A stretch of DNA of 64,000 nt from Octopus vulgaris (taxonomy: Eukaryota). The notes under the pieces were generated by a model. The model saw only the letters and a program-made list of their open reading frames with translations. It was not told the origin of the DNA and did no database searches. This document shows positions 56,287 through 64,000 of this stretch, in pieces (positions within the stretch are counted from its first letter, which is position 1; every line of letters begins with the position of its first letter). The translations under genes and the position numbers were made by a program. The stretch spans positions 53,630,001 to 53,694,000 of the forward strand of contig OX597818.1 in NCBI GenBank assembly GCA_951406725.2, in the 5' to 3' direction.

Positions 56287-57078
56287 ATGGGAGGGTTCAT
56301 ACCTTCTGGTTATTACAGCTGCCCATAGCTATTACTATACCTCTGTTTATTTTACTACACCTCCCAAGTTTATTTACTTTGTCCGTTGGACTTTATCTCT
56401 TTTCTCAAATCTGTTTTAATTTCCTTCTTGGTCGTCTCAATCTTGATCTTGTTTTTCTCTCTAAATCCTCATTTTTTGTGTGTGTGTGTGTGGGGGGCTT
56501 TTATTTTCTCCTTCTTCTTCATCTTTTTCTACGGCATTCTACTATATCTATTCTTGTTGTTCTTTGAAAACTGGCCAGTAAAGATAGGAGAAGTGGCGGA
56601 GAGAAGGACTTACTTGTCAAAGGATACGCATGTAGCAACAGAAAAAAAAAAAAAAAACATGAATGAGACAGAGCAGAAGAGAAAGAGAGAGAGAGAGAGA
56701 GAGACAGAGTAAAAGACAGATGGATAAAGTGAGAGAAGGAACGAGAGAGAGAAGGAGAGATAGATATTGACTGTTCTGATGGCGTAGCTGAGTTGTCGAG
56801 CAAGAATTTAGGTCAAGGAAGAAATATATTCTGTATAATCTTCTTGTATAACATACAATTTAGTGCACCGGGTCTTTTCAAATAGTCATCTTGTGGGACA
56901 AGATTTCATTTGTAAGAAGCAAAGGCAGAAAAGTGACGGGTGTGTGTATGCTTTGTGCGTGTATTGTTATGGTGCGTGCGTGTGTGCGTGTGTGTGTGTG
57001 TGTGTGTGTTTGTTTTATCGTACTACATACTGTTGGTATACGTATCGAGTTATAGCTACTCGCGGGCATGCGTCTACT

Positions 57079-57467
<389 letters not shown>

Positions 57468-58494
57468 AGTATGTAATAGTGAGACCGATAGATAGGCAGA
57501 TAGAGACAGAGAGAGAGGGGGTGGAATGTTTGTATGTGTGTGTGTCCAATTTCTGAAGCCTCCTTTCTTTATATATACATCTCCCACCTCCACTCCACTC
57601 CCACCACAGTGCTGATCTGTTAGTTTTACTATTGTAATCCTTTTTCATGTTCCTCATTGTAAGACATTTCTGCTTCCAGTTCTCTTTCCTTCCTCTTATC
57701 TTTCGCACCATTTTCCCGTCAAAGTTACGCACTACCTCTCTCTCCCTTCTCACTTTTCCTCTTCTTTTCTCTACCTCCTCCCTCCCTCTCTCTTTCTCTC
57801 TCTCTCTATCTATCTATCTTTCTCGCTATTACATACTTGCACAATTTCGTATCTCTCTGCACTTCAATTCTCGACCGCCTTTTTCGCGCCCCTGTTCATC
57901 CATAAATCAGCAGTAGGCGGACAGCTTCAGCAGAGGTCGTCATTAAGGTAGATCTATCACTGATTATGCCGGTACACGTGTCAGCTTCTTAAATTGACAT
58001 TTCGGCTGACTCAATTAATTCAAGCGATAAGACGAATTTTGAAGATGCAGTTCCAAATATTGTCTTCTCTTTTACAAGTAATTGGCTACAAAGGATGTTT
58101 CTGTCGATAATTTCGCAGAAGTTTTCGCAGAGGACTTCCCATATCACAGATTTTAATCTGGTTTATAAATGGGATTCCCTTCATTCGAGTCGATTCTCCA
58201 GAGCTTCCAGATCTTTACAAGGAAAAAGAGATCCGCAGCACTGTTAGAACGGAGATTGCTCCAGATCTTGTGATGTCCCACTACCCCCACCCAACAGTAT
58301 GTCACTGATAGGAAATCGCCAAAAACTCAAGCGGATTCTCAGACCATTTATCAAGGCAACCCTAACAGGTAAAAGGGGTTAATTATTATTACGAAAAATG
58401 TGTACCACAATATGGTGGCTTCCAAGCGTTGTTCGGAAAGCGCAAAATTGACTCAAAGTGGATGGCTCTTTATAACCCTATCCACACAGAGAAC

Positions 58495-58750
<256 letters not shown>

Positions 58751-58897
58751 TTGATAGTTCCCTGTATTTCCCATTTCATTGTATGTGTGTACGCATGTGA
58801 GGCACCTCGACAAGTTTAATCATCTTTTCTATGTATGTGTGCGTGCGTGTATTTGTATTTGTGTATACATACATATATGTGTGTGTATACACTTATG

Positions 58898-58936
<39 letters not shown>

Positions 58937-59507
58937 ATACATATGTATACATATGTATGTAATTATATATAGGTTTATGTGCATATGCATATACGTATAT
59001 AAATATGGAAACCTATATACACACATATATATATGGTATATGTGTGTGTGGGTGTAGGTGTGTATATACACATACAGACACATGTATCATGTATGTATGT
59101 ATGTATGTATGTATGTATGTATGTATGCCTATCTATATGTATGTTTGTATCAAGAAATAATATACGTGTGTGCGCATGTTTTAGAAGGTTTTACAATATA
59201 AAAAGGCCTTTCTCTGTTCATTGCATACAAAAGTATCGAGTGTAAATATTGCATTTAATAAACCAGTTCTATGAATGGGTTTCCCTTAGCGTATCTAATC
59301 TTATAACAATTTGTACATATGTATGTTTAGGTTTGTCTTTGTGTATGCGTGTGATTGCACACATAAATATTTACAAATATAAAGAAGAGGATGTGTTTGT
59401 GCGCATGTTTGTGTATATGAAAGAGCATATTTGTGTATATATTTATATGTATATTTCCGAATGCGCGCACACACACATAAACACAGACACATCTATAGAT
59501 TCTCTCT

Positions 59508-59784
59508 CTTTTTACTCTTTACTCTTTTACTTGTTTCAGTCATTTGACTGCGGCCATGCTGGAGCACCGCCTTTAGTCGAGCAACTCGACCCCGGGGCAT
59601 ATTATTCTTTGTAAGCCCAGTACTTATTCTATCGGTCTCTTTTTGCCGAACCGCTAAGTGACGGAGACATAAACACACTAGCATCGGCTGTCAAGCAATG
59701 CTAGGAGGACAGACACAGACACACAAACATACACGCACATATATATATATAGTACGTTTTGGCTATATGACCATTCCGAAATAT

Positions 59785-59823
<39 letters not shown>

Positions 59824-59987
59824 TACGACGGGCTTCTTTCAGTTTCCGTCTACCAAATCCACTCACAAGGCTTTGGTCGGCCCGAGGCTATAGTAGAAGA
59901 CACTTGCCCAAGGTGCCACGCAGTGGGACTGAACCCGGAACCATGTGGTTGGTAGGCAAGCTACTTACCACACAGCTACTCCTGCGT
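59508..59987 (-). mobile_element. SINE family B
   Basis: Reverse complement, full length. Confidence 0.9.
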
Positions 59988-60309
59988 TTATAATTTTCAT
60001 TAATCCATATTGTGGCCCGACTACATTCGCTACACTTCTGTACAATATATTTGTGAACAGAAAAGTATGGTAATGTTATACGACCGTACGTACCAATTCC
60101 TGTTTCAAATGGTCATCAGTAACAATTTATCATCTGTAACTATCTACAACACACTGCATATAAACCCACTAATATTACGAGTTGAAGTAAGCCCGATGGG
60201 CAAATTTGGGCAAAGTTATCCTGGCAGCCTGATATACATATATGTGAGCGTGTGCGTGATTGCGCGCGTGAGTGATGTCTGCGTGTGTTTTGTGTACGCC
60301 ATGACTGAC

Positions 60310-60625
<316 letters not shown>

Positions 60626-60764
60626 TAGATATAGATAGGTAGATAGATAGATAGAGAGAGAGAGAGAGAAAGAGCTAGAGGAGATGTCCTCGTGGGGTAA
60701 AAAAATCGCAGTAGAGTCCGCTCAAAACAGACAGCCATGTTAACGTGGCTACGAATATTATTTT

Positions 60765-61116
60765 CTTTTATTCTTTTACTTGATTCTGTCATTTGACTAC
60801 AGCCATGCTGGAGCACCGACTGTAGTCGAACAAATCAACTCCAGGACTTTTCTTTGTAAGCCTAGTGCTTATTCTTTCGGTCTCTTTTGCCGAACCATGT
60901 TACAAGGACGTAAACATACCAGCATCGGTTGTCAAGTGATGTTGGGGAGGAACACAGACACACAAACGCACACACACACATATGTATATATATACGATGG
61001 GCTTCTTCAGTTTTCGTCAACCAAATCCTCTCACAACTACAAGACACTTGCCCAAGGTACCATGCAGTGGGACTGAGCCCGGAACCATGTGGTTGGTAAG
61101 CAAGCTACTTACCACA
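60765..61116 (-). mobile_element. SINE family B, diverged
   Basis: Reverse complement. Confidence 0.8.
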
Positions 61117-61125
61117 CACACATAC

Positions 61126-61190
<65 letters not shown>

Positions 61191-61195
<5 letters not shown>

Positions 61196-61475
61196 CTAGT
61201 GGTTAGGGCAGCGGACTGGCGGTCGCAGGATCGCGGTTTCGATTCCCAGACCGGGCGTTGTGAGTGTTTATTGAGCGAAAACACCTAAAAGCTCCACGAG
61301 GCTCCGGCAGGGGGTGGTGATCCCTGCTGTACTCCTTCACCACTCTTTCTTCTGTTGGCCTGCTCGCTTAGCCAGCGGGGTGGCGTCATTCGAAGGCTAA
61401 AACAATGCGAACGCATTGTGACCAGCGATGTGTAACAACATCTGGTGGTCTGGTCGGTCACGTGATCACGTGATC
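61191..61475 (+). mobile_element. SINE family C inserted in (TA)n
   Basis: Same head and tail as 23258. Confidence 0.87.
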
Positions 61476-61499
61476 ATATATATATATATATATATACTG

Positions 61500-62003
61500 A
61501 ATCAATTTGAGGAAAACAGAAATAGAGAATATTCATTTTTTAAAATTTATGCTGTCATTTATGTTCTTCTTTTTCGCCTACATAATGTTTCCGCCGCCGT
61601 CAAGGTGCATCTTCCGCATCTTTTAGTGCATCACGATGCTACAATCCATCAAGAGCTTCTTCAGAGTATTTTGACCGTTAATTTGATTTCTTCGAAATGG
61701 AAAATAATTCCAACCGAAAACATCTTGTTTATTCAACCGGCTGGTGGTATCGTTCTAAAAATAGTTCAAACTAACCTTTTGACCCCACTGGTCAGAGGGA
61801 GGAATTAACTGCCATAAATGTAGATCATATTACTGTTCATCAGTTTTGAGTTCTTAAGACCAGTCTTCTGTAATTGATGTTTCTGGGTTGCCGTCCCTAG
61901 TTCATTCGATTATTACTATTCATGCTATGCCCACGACCACCCCTATCGTTGTTCTTGCTACCATTATTTATATCTTTATTTTTATTATTATTGTTATTAT
62001 TAT

Positions 62004-62048
<45 letters not shown>

Positions 62049-62866
62049 CACTACAACTACTATTAATAATAATACTACTAATAATAATACTACTACTATT
62101 ATTATTATTATTATAAGTATTTTTTTTCAATTACAGTTCATACAATCCTATTTAATTTTACAGATATCCAATTAATTGTTTAGCATATTTTTCTTTATAA
62201 CATTTATCACTTATGTTAAATTAACTTTTAGTTTACATTTCTAATTAACCCTATACTCTAGATTTATTTAATATTAATTATTATGCAACTATTTATACCT
62301 ATTATAAATATGTTTAGCTTGATGAGCACAACTCATTATTCTTTCACGCCTATGGTTAATTGATTTATGTTTTGATGTGATAATCTGGTAGATTTCTTCA
62401 ACATCTAAGTCACATCTTTTATTCCCCCTATTGGAAGGTTTTGCCAGGCTAATTATTTCCCAGGTTACTGTACAGTCCTTATTTTTATCTTTAATAGACC
62501 TAATTAGTTTACTTTGAAACGTGCTGTTTTTCTTATTTCTGTCTTTGTGTTTTCGTGATTAGCTGTCCTTATTTTTAAATCATTTTCTCTAGCTACTATA
62601 TAATAATATACCTGCCCTTCTGATGTAACCTTAAATCTATATATAGTTTGTTCAATTTTGCATTTAGAATTGAGCGGACATCGCCTTTACTTGGTGCAGT
62701 CATACATTTTATTTCTACGAACACTTTCTATATATTTCCTTGCTAACCTATTATCAATATCGTTGTGTTTATAGCTTATGTTTTCCCAATTATCTTCAGT
62801 TTGATTTTTAGGATTTAGAGTATCTTTCGCTAATTTATGGTTATTAATGTTTTCATACGGAACAGC

Positions 62867-62868
<2 letters not shown>
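61500..62868 (-). mobile_element. Penelope-like element 3' remnant (GIY-YIG)
   Basis: Minus strand CTK*RRCPLNSKCKIEQTIYRFKVTSEGQVYYYIVA...R.ANH...WEII...KRCDL..EEIYQI; decayed hammerhead-like motif at 61575-61667. Confidence 0.78.
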
Positions 62869-62905
<37 letters not shown>

Positions 62906-62911
<6 letters not shown>

Positions 62912-63086
62912 TCCGCCTTAACGAAGGCAGAGGTATTGTTTTCAGTCAGGTTTGTTTGTTTGACCGTGGACAAGATATCTCAAGAACCGCTGGATGGATT
63001 TGGAAGAAACTTTCAGAGATTTCGGAATTTAAGAAAAGAGAAAACCAAAAGGTCTCATGCTATTCATTTAAAAATTCCATAGTCGA

Positions 63087-63128
<42 letters not shown>

Positions 63129-63500
63129 GATTATTATTATTATTACTTCTGCCTTTGAAACTATTTTGAATGGGGAATTTGTTAACTTTGGCTTGTATTA
63201 GATAACATTAAACTATTTATTACTGTTACTAAATTTTCTACACCCACCTTCACATTTCATGACAGCCATTAGGATCGATCAGGTACCAGACAAGTGTTCT
63301 GGATGATTTTTCCGGGTTTTTTTTACTGTTTTTTTTTTACTTAATTTTTGAGAGCAGTCGGGTTCATTTTTAGTATTCTCGATCACGAAAGCAGTCGAGT
63401 TTATTTCAGATATTCTTATTTTAAAAATTATCTCTGGCTAATCGGTTGAGAGGACGTTCGTGTAGCCTTGGCGGAGATTTGCGCTCTCAGAGTGCTACTT
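62906..63500 (+). mobile_element. Helentron-associated non-autonomous element (HINE/DINE-like)
   Basis: 5' TACCTCCGCC with self-complementary GGCAGAGGTA, GTTT repeats, 3' GGCGGAG subterminal IR and GCGCTCTCAGAGTGC stem-loop, T-rich flanks. Confidence 0.72.
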
Positions 63501-63519
63501 TTATTTCTATATTTTAAAT

Positions 63520-63768
63520 TAGTATTTGGTCTGTGGTAGGGTTTATATTTACCTATTTTGAAAACTAGGTTAATATCAAAGAAGTCGGAGTTTTGTCCTT
63601 TTTCAATTGTAATAGATAGCTTATATCCTTAAAGAATTTTAAAAATTTATTCTTATATACGTCCATTTGTATTTTAAATGCAATTTCGATTCTACATGCA
63701 AATTTAAACAAATTATATAATGATGTAAGGTTATATCAGAAGGGCAGATGTATTATTATATAGGAGCT
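63520..63768 (+). mobile_element. Inverted partial PLE GIY-YIG copy
   Basis: AAGGTTATATCAGAAGGGCAGATGTATTATTATATAGGAGCT (KVISEGQMYYYIGA) is homologous to 62590-62635 on the minus strand. Confidence 0.68.
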
Positions 63769-63846
63769 ATATATATATATATATATATACATATATACAT
63801 ATACATATATACATATATATACATATATACATATACATATATATAC

Positions 63847-63900
<54 letters not shown>

Positions 63901-64000
63901 GTTTCCTCGGCGTTTTGCCTAGCAACACAATTGAAACTGTTTTCCAAGATCTACCATGTAAAAAATCGAATTCATTTACGAGCTCAAAATAAATTTACCT

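Overview
This is AT-rich, repeat-saturated animal non-coding DNA. The SINE and microsatellite repertoire suggests an octopus (coleoid cephalopod) intron or intergenic region, which is an inference. No intact protein-coding gene is supported, and nearly all listed ORFs are microsatellite or SINE artefacts. The window holds four tRNA-headed SINE families (one forming 2-4-unit multimers, several inside a single TSD) and decayed LINE fragments (RTE, CR1, CRE-like RLE, possibly R4/Dong). It also holds GIY-YIG Penelope-like element (PLE) remnants with inverted pseudo-LTRs, two non-autonomous Helitrons, a Helentron-type element, a mariner MITE and very long (TA)n/(GATA)n tracts. The most notable signal is a set of type I hammerhead-ribozyme folds in several unrelated PLE-type repeats next to (TA)n tracts, most with non-canonical cores (CCGANGA, CGGAGGA, UUGAUAA). 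Coordinates were read by eye and may be off by a few bases.
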